Positions 41,250 to 50,791 of a stretch of DNA of 64,000 bases are shown in pieces. This DNA is from an uncultured Thermococci archaeon (lineage in GTDB: Archaea; Methanobacteriota_B; Thermococci; Methanofastidiosales; B48-G16), in NCBI GenBank assembly GCA_964595645.1, contig CAZQQT010000009.1, forward strand, positions 36,619 to 100,618. Reading direction: 5' to 3'. Made by a program: the position numbers and the translations under genes. A model generated the notes under the pieces. The model saw nothing but the letters and a program-made list of their open reading frames with translations. It did no database searches and was not told the DNA's origin. Within the stretch, counting starts at the first letter, position 1. Each line of letters begins with the position of its first letter.

Positions 41250-42288
41250 TATTGAGAAAGAAATACGAGAAAAGGCGAAAAAACTCCTCGATGAAGAAAA
41301 AATCAAATACATCATTGGATACGAAGAAGGGAGTGACTCCTTCCACGTGTCGCCGTGTTTTGTGAAAAATCCCGATGACGTCGAGAAAATAGTATGGAAT
41401 CCCCGTTGTGTGAATAACCTTGTTGTATACCTTATAGAAGACAAGAAAAAAACGCTGGAGAGAGGTGAAGAACGGGATACCTGCCCAATAGGGATTCTGG
41501 TGAAGGGATGCGACTCGCGCTCACTAGTACAGCTGATAAGCGAGCACAAAATAGATAGAGATGAAGTAGTAGTTTTTGGTATTCCCTGTAATGGTGTGTT
41601 AGATCCGAAAAAATTAGAGAAAATAGCGAAGCAAAAGAACATCCCCAGAGGAGCACTAGTTGAGATGAAAATTCACGAGGAAAATGGCACGTATGTTGGC
41701 GAATACAACGGTGAACGATACGAGTTCCCGAGAGAGGACGCGATCATGGAAAAATGCCGAGATTGTGCCTATCCAAATCCATTGATCGCAGATGAAATCT
41801 TCGGTGAGGAAATCGAGGCAGCGAAGAAAGATTACACAGAGATCGAGGAGATGGAGGAACTCTCTGTTGAAGAACGGTGGGAGTTCTGGTCCAACCAGTT
41901 CTCCAAATGCATACGATGTTCCGCGTGTAAAAACGTGTGCCCAAGCTGCTACTGCAATGAATGTGCTGTTGATCCCATCAATCTTGTCATAGCCCCAGAC
42001 ACATCGTACAAAGAGAAGGCGGAAAAAATGAGATGGTCGGACAGGACCGTCGATCTCTCTGAAAATTTCCTGTTTCATCTCACGCGAATGATGCATATGG
42101 CAGGACGGTGTGTGGACTGTGGAGAGTGTGAACGTGTGTGCCCCATGGACATACCACTTAGATTACTCACGAAAAAACTCGAAAAAGACGTGAAAAAGAT
42201 GTTCAATTACGAGGCAGGGATAGATACCGACGCAGAGCCACTTCTAACAACATTTGAGGAGGATGATCCTGATGAATTCATCAAATAA
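41242..42288 (+). CDS. flxC: FlxC-like (FrhB/FdhB-related) 4Fe-4S protein
   Basis: KGCDSR, CIRCSACKNVCPSCYC, HMAGRCVDCGECERVCP. Confidence 0.78.
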   Translation: MSDIEKEIREKAKKLLDEEKIKYIIGYEEGSDSFHVSPCFVKNPDDVEKIVWNPRCVNNLVVYLIEDKKKTLERGEERDTCPIGILVKGCDSRSLVQLISEHKIDRDEVVVFGIPCNGVLDPKKLEKIAKQKNIPRGALVEMKIHEENGTYVGEYNGERYEFPREDAIMEKCRDCAYPNPLIADEIFGEEIEAAKKDYTEIEEMEELSVEERWEFWSNQFSKCIRCSACKNVCPSCYCNECAVDPINLVIAPDTSYKEKAEKMRWSDRTVDLSENFLFHLTRMMHMAGRCVDCGECERVCPMDIPLRLLTKKLEKDVKKMFNYEAGIDTDAEPLLTTFEEDDPDEFIK

Positions 42289-43312
42289 TGTAAAAAAGAA
42301 ACTCATGATCTCAAAGGAAAAAATAACACAGTTTCTAGAAGGGCTATCGGATTACACAATCTACGCGCCTCACAAAGATAATGACTCAGTTCTTTTCAAA
42401 GTAACAGAAGATATAGATAATATCACTTTTGAGTTCATGAACTCCGTGAAATCGCCAAAACACGTACTGCTGCCGCAGACCGAAACACTGCTCAGAGCCA
42501 CCAACGAAGGAGAAGGTATGAAAGTAGAAGAGCCTGAGTTGGACGAAAAAAATATTGTGTTTGGTATACGGCCGTGCGATGCCAGAGCGATACGGATCTT
42601 GGAGGATGTGTTTTCTGGAGAGTATGATGACCCCTACTATCTTACACGTCAGAAGAATACGATGCTCATAGGACTCGCCTGCAACGATCCTCATAGGAAT
42701 TGTTTCTGCACCTCCGTCGACGGTGCGCCAAACGCCACTGATGGACTGGATATGCTGTGGACGGATATCGGTGAGAAATACTACGTTGAAGTACTCACAG
42801 AAAAGGGGATGAACCTTATCAGTAGTAAGATCTTTACTGACGCTTCTGAAGAAGACGTCCAAAAGAAGGAAAAGGTGCATGAAGAAGCCATTGAGAAAAT
42901 AACAGAAAAACTCGATGCCAAAACAATGGCTGAGAATCTCAAAGAGCTTTTCGACGACGCATACTGGGAAAAGCAGGCGCTCAAATGCCTAAGCTGTGGC
43001 ATCTGTACATATCTCTGTCCCACCTGTTACTGTTTCGACATCACCGATGTGGATTACGGGGGCAAGGTAAAGAGGGCGCGAACCTGGGACTCATGTCAGT
43101 TTCCGAGCTACACTATTCAAACCTCTGGCCATAATCCTCGACCGAACAGATCAAACCGATTGAGAAACAGGATCTATCACAAATATCGATATCATATAGA
43201 TAACTACGATGAACTCGGATGTGTAGGCTGCGGGCGATGTATTACGTACTGTCCAGCTGATATCAATTTAAAAACGATTATAAAAGAACTGGGAGGGAAG
43301 AAAGATGAATGA
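42272..43312 (+). CDS. flxB: FlxB/AsrA-like 4Fe-4S dicluster protein
   Basis: FGIRPCD, CFC, CLSCGICTYLCPTCYCF, WDSC, CVGCGRCITYCP. Confidence 0.8.
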   Translation: MNSSNNVKKKLMISKEKITQFLEGLSDYTIYAPHKDNDSVLFKVTEDIDNITFEFMNSVKSPKHVLLPQTETLLRATNEGEGMKVEEPELDEKNIVFGIRPCDARAIRILEDVFSGEYDDPYYLTRQKNTMLIGLACNDPHRNCFCTSVDGAPNATDGLDMLWTDIGEKYYVEVLTEKGMNLISSKIFTDASEEDVQKKEKVHEEAIEKITEKLDAKTMAENLKELFDDAYWEKQALKCLSCGICTYLCPTCYCFDITDVDYGGKVKRARTWDSCQFPSYTIQTSGHNPRPNRSNRLRNRIYHKYRYHIDNYDELGCVGCGRCITYCPADINLKTIIKELGGKKDE

Positions 43313-44228
43313 AAACCCCTACAGACCGCATAAAGCTGTAATCGAGGAAATAAGACAGGAAACAACAGGTTCACGTGCAATTAAAACATTTAAAGTTTCC
43401 TTTGTAGATAAAGAAGTAAAGAACAATTTTACATTCAAATCAGGACAGGCAGCAATGCTCTCTCTCTTCGGAAAGGGAGAATCCATGATTTCAATCACCT
43501 CACCCCCCACGCGCGATGAGTATCTAGAGTTCAGTGTGATGCGCCAGGGAAAGGTCACTGCGGCGTTGCACGAGCTGGAAGAAGGAGATATCATTGGCAT
43601 ACGAGGACCCTACGGAAATCACTTCCCTCTAGAGGAATGGAAACAGAAAAATCTAATATTCATTGGGGGAGGAATCGGTCAGGCCCCCCTCCGTTCAGTA
43701 TACTTAAATGTACTTGACAACAGGGAGGATTACGGTGATTTAACCATCATTTACGGTGCGAGAACATCCGATGATCTCTCATATAAAGAAGAACTCTCAG
43801 AATTGGAGAAAAGAGATGATGTAAATCTGTATCTCTCCGTTGACTGGAATACAGGGGAAGAGGGTCTTATTGACGAAGAAGCAGAGGAAGGATGGTATAA
43901 GATCAATATAGACAATCCTGAAAAGACAGAGTATTCAGAAGGCACTACTCGGTTCACCGGATTTGTCCCCCAGATTGTGATGGTCACCAAGCCCTCTCCA
44001 GAAAATACCATCGCGCTTACCTGTGGACCTCCCATCATGATCAAGTTTGTTGTTGAGAACCTCAAAAAACTAGGATTTGAGAGTGAACAGATATACACAA
44101 CGCTAGAAATGCGTATGAAATGCGGTATAGGCAAGTGCGGTCGATGTAATATCGGCGATACGTACGTCTGTAAGGATGGTCCTGTGTTCTCGTACGCACA
44201 ACTAGAGGAAATGCCAAATGAGTATTGA
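43305..44228 (+). CDS. flxA: FlxA/AsrB/PyrK-like FAD- and NAD(P)H-binding [2Fe-2S] subunit
   Basis: RGPYGN, GGGIGQAP, CGPPIM, MKCGIGKCGRC, VCKDGPVF. Confidence 0.85.
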   Translation: MNENPYRPHKAVIEEIRQETTGSRAIKTFKVSFVDKEVKNNFTFKSGQAAMLSLFGKGESMISITSPPTRDEYLEFSVMRQGKVTAALHELEEGDIIGIRGPYGNHFPLEEWKQKNLIFIGGGIGQAPLRSVYLNVLDNREDYGDLTIIYGARTSDDLSYKEELSELEKRDDVNLYLSVDWNTGEEGLIDEEAEEGWYKINIDNPEKTEYSEGTTRFTGFVPQIVMVTKPSPENTIALTCGPPIMIKFVVENLKKLGFESEQIYTTLEMRMKCGIGKCGRCNIGDTYVCKDGPVFSYAQLEEMPNEY

Positions 44229-44234
44229 AGAGGA

Positions 44235-44651
44235 ATGATCAAGATGAGCAACAGTATTATAATATCTGGAGAAAAAAAGAAGGACTTCATTAAAAAGGTG
44301 GAGGAGATCAGCGGACAGAATATTATGAAATGTAACCAGTGCGGCAAATGCTCCGCTGGCTGTCCAGTCATTTCACAGATGGATAGTCTTCCGAATCAAG
44401 TTATCCGACTTGTGCAACTCGGTGATGAAAGTGTACTGGAAGAGAATACCATTTGGCTGTGTGCCTCCTGTTTCACCTGCGCAGTCCGCTGTCCAAAGGG
44501 TGTTGATCTGGCGAAGGTCATGGAAGCGCTCCGCCTCCTCACCCTGAGAAAAGATAAGGACCATATTGAGATAGAGGAAATACCACGAGAGGAGTTGGAT
44601 AAGCTCCCACCTATCGCAGTGGTGAGCAACTTCCGTAAAATGACGAGTTGA
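44235..44651 (+). CDS. hdrC: Heterodisulfide reductase subunit C
   Basis: CNQCGKCSAGCP, IWLCASCFTCAVRCPKGVD. Confidence 0.92.
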   Translation: MIKMSNSIIISGEKKKDFIKKVEEISGQNIMKCNQCGKCSAGCPVISQMDSLPNQVIRLVQLGDESVLEENTIWLCASCFTCAVRCPKGVDLAKVMEALRLLTLRKDKDHIEIEEIPREELDKLPPIAVVSNFRKMTS

Positions 44652-44660
44652 GGTGAGTAG

Positions 44661-45548
44661 ATGAAGATACCATATTACCCGGGCTGCACGTTGAAGGCAC
44701 AAGGATTGGGATTTGAAGAATCTGCAGTAGCGGCAGCCAGTGCACTGGATATAGAGATGGAGGAAATGATAAGATGGAACTGTTGTGGTACAGTATTTTC
44801 TCTGGCCAGCGACGATCTCATCCACCATGCCGCAGCCCTTCGTAATCTTATCCGTGTCCAAGAAACAGGCAATGACCGCGTTGTTACCCTGTGTTCCATG
44901 TGCTACAACACATTGAAACGTGTGAATCTAGAAATAAAAAACAACGAGGAGGATTTAGAGAAACTCAATGGATTTATGTACCGTGAAGAAGATTATCTCG
45001 GTGGTGTTACGGTACTGCATCTCTTGGAAATTCTGAGAGATGAGATAGGATTCGATGCAATCGCAAAGAAAGTAAAAAAGCCACTGAAAGATCTGAAGAT
45101 AACTCCATACTACGGATGCCTGCTCACCCGACCGAAGGAAATAGGACTTGATGATTGGGAGGAGCCCACGGTGATGGAAGAACTACTCCGGGCCCTCGGT
45201 GCCACCGTAGTAGATGATCCCTTCCGGGGCGAGTGCTGCGGTTCCTACCATACCGTTACATCGAAGGATCTCATCGCAGAAAGGACACGGATGATAGTTT
45301 CTTCCGCACGGGAACGAGGAGCAGATGCGATCGTCCTCAGCTGCCCGCTCTGTGAGTTTAATCTTGATGCACGGCAGGAGGACACAACGGAGAGGTACAC
45401 GGATTTTGTCGGTCTCCCTGTGCTTTACTTTACGCAGCTTATGGCTCTCTCCCTCGGATGTGAGGAGGAGGTATGTCGATTTGATCTTCACTACGTGGAT
45501 CCACGTCCACTATTAAAAGAAAAAGGTATATTGGAGGAGAAATCATGA
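44661..45548 (+). CDS. hdrB: Heterodisulfide reductase subunit B (CCG domains)
   Basis: YYPGC, WNCCG, LCSMC, YYGC, ECCG, SCPLC. Confidence 0.93.
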   Translation: MKIPYYPGCTLKAQGLGFEESAVAAASALDIEMEEMIRWNCCGTVFSLASDDLIHHAAALRNLIRVQETGNDRVVTLCSMCYNTLKRVNLEIKNNEEDLEKLNGFMYREEDYLGGVTVLHLLEILRDEIGFDAIAKKVKKPLKDLKITPYYGCLLTRPKEIGLDDWEEPTVMEELLRALGATVVDDPFRGECCGSYHTVTSKDLIAERTRMIVSSARERGADAIVLSCPLCEFNLDARQEDTTERYTDFVGLPVLYFTQLMALSLGCEEEVCRFDLHYVDPRPLLKEKGILEEKS

Positions 45549-46237
45549 CGGAAGAGTCCGAAAAAAGAACGATTAGAATATACATAATGGGGAAAGAACA
45601 CAAAGTGCCCGCCGGACTAACAATAATGAAGGCAATGGAGTATGCTGGGTATCAGTTCGTGCGTGGTGCCGGATGCCGGGCAGGATTCTGTGGTGCGTGC
45701 AGTACCGTGTACAGAAAAAAAGGTGATTATAAACTGCACGCCGATTTAGCCTGTCAGACCCGCGCAGAAGATGGCATGTACCTCACTCAGATACCGTTTG
45801 TTCCGGCCAACAAAGCAACGTACGATATCGACGAGATCAAGTTGAAAGGAAATCCTCTACTAACATTTTATCCGGAGATAGGAAAATGTGTAAGTTGTAA
45901 TACATGTACCAAGGCATGTCCTCAGGATCTTGAGGTCATGGATTTTATTCAAGCCGCCCTCAAAAATGATATTGAAGAGGTGGCCACGCTTTCCTTTGAC
46001 TGTATCCAGTGTGGTCTCTGTGCCATTCGATGCCCCTCAGAGATAGCACAGTACCACGTAGCCCAGCTCGCGAGAAGACTCCATGGAAAACACACGAAGA
46101 AATCTGATCATTTGGACAATCGAATTAAAGAAATAAATGAAGGGATGTATGACAAAGAACTCGAGGAATTAGTGACAGCTGATATTGATACCCTCAAGAA
46201 GAGGTATGAGGAGAGAAAAATAGAGGCAGAAGAATAG
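45545..46237 (+). CDS. Fumarate reductase / succinate dehydrogenase Fe-S subunit-like
   Basis: GCRAGFCGAC...LACQT ([2Fe-2S]); CVSCNTCTKACP and CIQCGLCAIRCP. Confidence 0.8.
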   Translation: MTEESEKRTIRIYIMGKEHKVPAGLTIMKAMEYAGYQFVRGAGCRAGFCGACSTVYRKKGDYKLHADLACQTRAEDGMYLTQIPFVPANKATYDIDEIKLKGNPLLTFYPEIGKCVSCNTCTKACPQDLEVMDFIQAALKNDIEEVATLSFDCIQCGLCAIRCPSEIAQYHVAQLARRLHGKHTKKSDHLDNRIKEINEGMYDKELEELVTADIDTLKKRYEERKIEAEE

Positions 46238-46248
46238 GAGGGAAAAAT

Positions 46249-47895
46249 ATGGAATTAATTGATGGTTATCCAAAATACATGCGAAAATCGATTGAAAAAG
46301 TTGAAAGAACGAGAAAAGAACGGTTGGAAACAACACCAAAATCAATGAGTATGGAAGAACGGGAGGAGGTACTAAACAAGTTTCATCCTGATTATAAAGA
46401 AGAAGAAAAACGGCCACTGGCCTTTGGCCCGAACAAAGGAGATGTCGTGATCAATGAGGTCGCAGATCTACTGGAGGCTCATTCTGTTGTCTCTCCAGAC
46501 GAGGTAGATCTCTCTACCATTGATTACGATGTCGATGTGCTCATCATTGGGGGTGGCGGTGCCGGAACAGTTGCAGCACTCTGGGCCAATGGAGAAGGGA
46601 TTGCCACAGAAGACATCCTCATTACCACGAAACTCAGACATGGTGATGCCAACTCGATGATGGCGCAGGGAGGAATTCAAGCCGCAGACAGGTCGGAAGA
46701 CGATCCCATCCTGCACTATCTCGATGTCTTTGGAGGTGGACATTTCAAAAACAAGCCGGAGCTTGTGAAACGGTTGGTGAAGGAAGCACCGTCGATTATC
46801 AAATGGCATGAAGAACTCGGGGTGATGTACGATCGGGATGAAGAAGGAAACTTTATTGAACTTTCCGGTGGCGGCACATCGAGAAATCGACTTCACGCAG
46901 CAAAGGATTACACGGGTATGGAGATCATGCGAACGATTAGAGACGAGGCGAGGAACAGAGAGATTCCTGTGTTGGAGTTCACCTCCGCAGTAGAACTACT
47001 GACAGATGGGAACAGAGTCACCGGTGCTGTGCTGTACAATATGGACACGGAACAGTACTATGTGGTAAGGGCAAAAGCCACGATACTCGCCACAGGAGGC
47101 TTTGGAAGACTTCACATCCAGCAGTTCGCCACCACCAACCATTACGGTGCCACCGCTGATGGACTCGTCCTCGCCTACCACGTTGGTGCCAAACTCAGAG
47201 ATATGGATACTGCCCAGTACCACCCTACTGGTGCAGCGTATCCGGAACAAATTGTTGGATTGCTGATTACTGAGAAGGTTCGTGGACTAGGGGCTCAACC
47301 GGTAAATAAACATGGTGAAACGTTCGTATTTCCGCTGGAACCCCGGGATGTAGAGGCATCATCCATTATCCGGGAGTGTTACGAGAGAGATAACGGTGTA
47401 GAGACCCCCACTGGTATGAAGGGTGTGTGGCTTGATTCGCCCATGATTGAGATCATCCACGGCGAAGGTACCATCGAGAAAAATCTCGGGGCCATGAACA
47501 GGATGTTCACACGGTTTGGCATTGATATGACGAAGGACCCTGTTCTTGTGTTTCCCACACTCCACTACCAAAACGGCGGTGTAGAGATCGACGCGGACGC
47601 CCAAACAACGATACCTGGACTCTTTGCCGGCGGTGAAGTCGAAGGAGGAGTCCATGGGAAGAACAGGTTGATGGGCAATTCACTACTCGATTACAATGTG
47701 TTTGGTAAGACGGCAGGTATTGCTGCTGCCAACTACGCCAAAAAAAATTCTGCTGGGAAGGTCTCGTTGGCTCACGTGGAAACATACGAAAAAAAGCTCA
47801 AAGATGCGGGAGTGAAAACGGAGAGAGAAGCGCCAATGATACTTCCCGAGTACCGGGGAAAAGAAACACTCTCACGAGCTATTGACATTATATAA
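46249..47895 (+). CDS. Soluble fumarate reductase / succinate dehydrogenase flavoprotein-like
   Basis: IIGGGGAG, AQGG, QYHPTG, LITEKVRG, PRD, HYQNGG, HGKNRLMGNSL (dicarboxylate-site residues). Confidence 0.85.
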   Translation: MELIDGYPKYMRKSIEKVERTRKERLETTPKSMSMEEREEVLNKFHPDYKEEEKRPLAFGPNKGDVVINEVADLLEAHSVVSPDEVDLSTIDYDVDVLIIGGGGAGTVAALWANGEGIATEDILITTKLRHGDANSMMAQGGIQAADRSEDDPILHYLDVFGGGHFKNKPELVKRLVKEAPSIIKWHEELGVMYDRDEEGNFIELSGGGTSRNRLHAAKDYTGMEIMRTIRDEARNREIPVLEFTSAVELLTDGNRVTGAVLYNMDTEQYYVVRAKATILATGGFGRLHIQQFATTNHYGATADGLVLAYHVGAKLRDMDTAQYHPTGAAYPEQIVGLLITEKVRGLGAQPVNKHGETFVFPLEPRDVEASSIIRECYERDNGVETPTGMKGVWLDSPMIEIIHGEGTIEKNLGAMNRMFTRFGIDMTKDPVLVFPTLHYQNGGVEIDADAQTTIPGLFAGGEVEGGVHGKNRLMGNSLLDYNVFGKTAGIAAANYAKKNSAGKVSLAHVETYEKKLKDAGVKTEREAPMILPEYRGKETLSRAIDII

Positions 47896-47907
47896 AAGGG
47901 GATATGC

Positions 47908-49035
47908 ATGAAGCTATACGAGTTTGTCGCGAAAAGCGTGTTCGCGGAGCACGGGATTCCGACCCCTGAAGGAACCGTTGTTTCCAGTGAAGAAGATATT
48001 GGTGACATTCAGATATCATTTCCCGTCGCGGTTAAATCGCAGATTCTCACAGGGGGACGAGGAAAGGCAGGAGGAATCAAGTTTGCAACAAACACCGAAG
48101 AGCTAAAAAAAAGTGTTCGTGAACTCCTCGGTGCAACAATAAAAGGGTATCAGGTGGATCAGGTTCTTGTTGAAGAGAAACTTGATATCGATGAAGAGTT
48201 CTATATCGGTGTGACTATCGATAGATCTTCGCGGTGTCCCGTGGCAATCGCAAGCGCCAGTGGAGGTGTAGACATCGAAGAGGTCGCTGAAAAAACGCCA
48301 GAAAGGGTAGTAAAGAAAAAGGTTGATCCTCTCACAGGGCTGAGGGCACACCAAGCAAATTATATAATGAAGAAAATAGGAATGTCGGGGAAAAAGATGT
48401 TGCATGCATCGCAGCTCTTGCAAAAATTGTATACTATATTCGTCCACTACGACGCCGAACTCACTGAGATCAATCCTCTTGTACTGACAAACGACGGCAA
48501 GTTTATCGCGGCAGACGGTCGGCTCAATATTGATAACGCCTCGCTGTACAGGCATGAACAATTTAAAGAGTATAAGGAGAAAGAACTCACCCCCTTAGAA
48601 GTACGTGCCAAAGAAGCAGGACTGTCGTATGTTGAACTGGACGGCAATATTGGCATCCTCGGAAACGGCGCGGGACTTGTGATGGCTACATTGGACAGCG
48701 TGACACTCCACGGAGGGAGACCCGCAAACTTCTGTGATTTGGGAGGCGGCTCGCCACGAGAACGTGTGGTCGAAGGTATCGATATTCTCTTATCTACCCC
48801 AATGGTAGAGGGTGTATTCATCAACATTCTCGGAGGCATTACACGGTGTGATGACGTCGCTGCGGGCATTGTGGAATATCGAAATGAAAAGGGAATCGAT
48901 GTTCCCTTTGTCGTGAGGTTAGTGGGTACCAACGAGAAAGAGGCAGAAAAAATCTGTAAGAAAGCCGAAATTGATCTCCTACCGAGCATGGATAAGGCAT
49001 CCAAACGAATTATCGAACTTGTGGAGGGAGATTAA
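47908..49035 (+). CDS. sucC: Succinyl-CoA synthetase beta subunit
   Basis: MKLYE, GGRGKAGG, EINPL, GNGAGLVMATLD, NILGGITRCD. Confidence 0.95.
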   Translation: MKLYEFVAKSVFAEHGIPTPEGTVVSSEEDIGDIQISFPVAVKSQILTGGRGKAGGIKFATNTEELKKSVRELLGATIKGYQVDQVLVEEKLDIDEEFYIGVTIDRSSRCPVAIASASGGVDIEEVAEKTPERVVKKKVDPLTGLRAHQANYIMKKIGMSGKKMLHASQLLQKLYTIFVHYDAELTEINPLVLTNDGKFIAADGRLNIDNASLYRHEQFKEYKEKELTPLEVRAKEAGLSYVELDGNIGILGNGAGLVMATLDSVTLHGGRPANFCDLGGGSPRERVVEGIDILLSTPMVEGVFINILGGITRCDDVAAGIVEYRNEKGIDVPFVVRLVGTNEKEAEKICKKAEIDLLPSMDKASKRIIELVEGD

Positions 49036-49902
49036 ATGGGTATTTTAGTCGATAAAGATAGTAAGATAATAGTACAGGGGATCACGGGATATCAAGGGAC
49101 ATTTCACACCAAGGAGATGCGTGAGTACGGAACAAATGTTGTTGCCGGTGTGACACCAGGAAAAGGAGGGAGAGAGGTGCATGGAGTACCTGTATACGAT
49201 ACTATTGCCGAGGCGTGTGAAGAACACGATGCAACAGCATCGATATGCTTTGTTCCCAGTCAATTTGCCAAAGACGCACTGTTGGAGGCGTTAGATCATC
49301 ATTTGGACCCGATCACCGTAATCACAGAACATATTCCTGTCCATGACACGATGAAGGCAGTAAAACTCGCACAGAAAAAGAACATTCATATCGTAGGGCC
49401 GAACACCCCTGGAATTATCACTGTTGGAGAATGTAAACTTGGCATTATGCCGTCAAGCGTATTTAATAAGGGAAATATTGGCATCATATCCAGAAGTGGT
49501 ACGCTCACATACGAAATTGCAGCCAATATCAGTGATGCCGGACTAGGCCAGTCCACCTGTATAGGATTAGGTGGTGATCCGATCACCGGACTCAACTTCA
49601 TTGAACTCCTTGAATTATTTGAAAAAGATGACGATACTGATGCAGTGGTGATGATCGGTGAGATAGGTGGTAGAAGTGAGGAAGATGCAGCGGAGTACAT
49701 CAAAGAGTCCATCAGTAAGCCGATAGTTGCGTATATCGCTGGAAGGACAGCGCCACCAGGCAAGAGGATGGGACACGCAGGTGCAATTATCAGTGGGAGT
49801 ACTGGCACTGCAGAAAGCAAGATCAACGCACTGGAAGATGCCCATGTAGATGTCGCAAAGTTTCCCTATGAAGTACCTGATCTTTTAAAAGAATATGTAT
49901 AG
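49036..49902 (+). CDS. sucD: Succinyl-CoA synthetase alpha subunit
   Basis: [27 protein letters not shown] (phospho-His). Confidence 0.96.
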   Translation: MGILVDKDSKIIVQGITGYQGTFHTKEMREYGTNVVAGVTPGKGGREVHGVPVYDTIAEACEEHDATASICFVPSQFAKDALLEALDHHLDPITVITEHIPVHDTMKAVKLAQKKNIHIVGPNTPGIITVGECKLGIMPSSVFNKGNIGIISRSGTLTYEIAANISDAGLGQSTCIGLGGDPITGLNFIELLELFEKDDDTDAVVMIGEIGGRSEEDAAEYIKESISKPIVAYIAGRTAPPGKRMGHAGAIISGSTGTAESKINALEDAHVDVAKFPYEVPDLLKEYV

Positions 49903-49920
49903 ATATATGGTGAAATCATT

Positions 49921-50790
49921 ATGGTAAAAAGAACTGAAATTGAAAAAAATCTTGTAGAGGCAATTAGAAAGGCAGAGACTGAGCTTCCTCCTGATGTAGT
50001 AAACGCACTAAAAGACGCAAGAAAACGTGAGGAAGAAGGTAGCGTGGCAAAAAGTCAGTTTGACGCTATTTTAAAAGATATTGAGGTATCGAAAAAAGAG
50101 AAATTACCGCTCTGTCAGGATACGGGAACACAAACATTTTTTGTCACGATAGGGACCGAATTTAAAGAAATAGAACTGCTGAAACCCGCAATCACAAATG
50201 CCGTACGAACAGCAACAGACGAGGTCCCGCTGAGACCGAACACCGTTGACCCGTTCGCCGAGACTAATCCTGGAGATAACACAGGACGGTATATCCCCAA
50301 TATCATCTGGGATCTTGAGGAAGGAGATAAGGTAACAATTGACATCCTTCCAAAAGGAGGGGGCGGAGAGAACATGAGTGCACTGAAGATGCTCAATCCC
50401 ACAGAAGGTATTGAAGGTGCGAAGAAATTTATTATTGACCACGTTGCGTGGTGCGGTGGGAAACCGTGTCCTCCTACCGTCTTGGGAGTGTGTATCGGTG
50501 GAGGCGCAGACCTTGCTATGCGACTGGCAAAAAAAGCGCTGATCAGAAAAGTCGGCGAACGACATCCAGATGAAAAAATCGCAACGCTAGAGGAGGAGCT
50601 CCTCGAAACGGTTAACTCAATAGGCATCGGACCCATGGGGCTCGGTGGAAACACTACGGTACTAGACATTCATATTGAATGGGCACACAGACACCCCGCG
50701 TCCTTCCCTCTGGGCATTATCACCCAGTGTTGGGCTGATAGACGCGCACGGCTTACGATTCATAACGACGGTAGTATGGAGGTGTGTTAA
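49921..50790 (+). CDS. Class I Fe-S fumarate hydratase alpha subunit (Fum/Ttd family)
   Basis: PLCQDTG, PLRPN, KGGGGEN, PCPP, GPMGLGG, QCWA; fumarase by context. Confidence 0.88.
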   Translation: MVKRTEIEKNLVEAIRKAETELPPDVVNALKDARKREEEGSVAKSQFDAILKDIEVSKKEKLPLCQDTGTQTFFVTIGTEFKEIELLKPAITNAVRTATDEVPLRPNTVDPFAETNPGDNTGRYIPNIIWDLEEGDKVTIDILPKGGGGENMSALKMLNPTEGIEGAKKFIIDHVAWCGGKPCPPTVLGVCIGGGADLAMRLAKKALIRKVGERHPDEKIATLEEELLETVNSIGIGPMGLGGNTTVLDIHIEWAHRHPASFPLGIITQCWADRRARLTIHNDGSMEVC

Positions 50791-50791
50791 A

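Noticed and set aside
42272-44228. Anaerobic sulfite reductase or sulfhydrogenase
   Set aside because: AsrA/AsrB-like subunits occur without AsrC or NiFe subunits; the hdrA-mvhD context favours Flx
38881-45548. Evidence of methanogenesis or a hydrogenase
   Set aside because: Hdr/MvhD alone are not diagnostic; no mcr, mtr, mvhA or mvhG in the window
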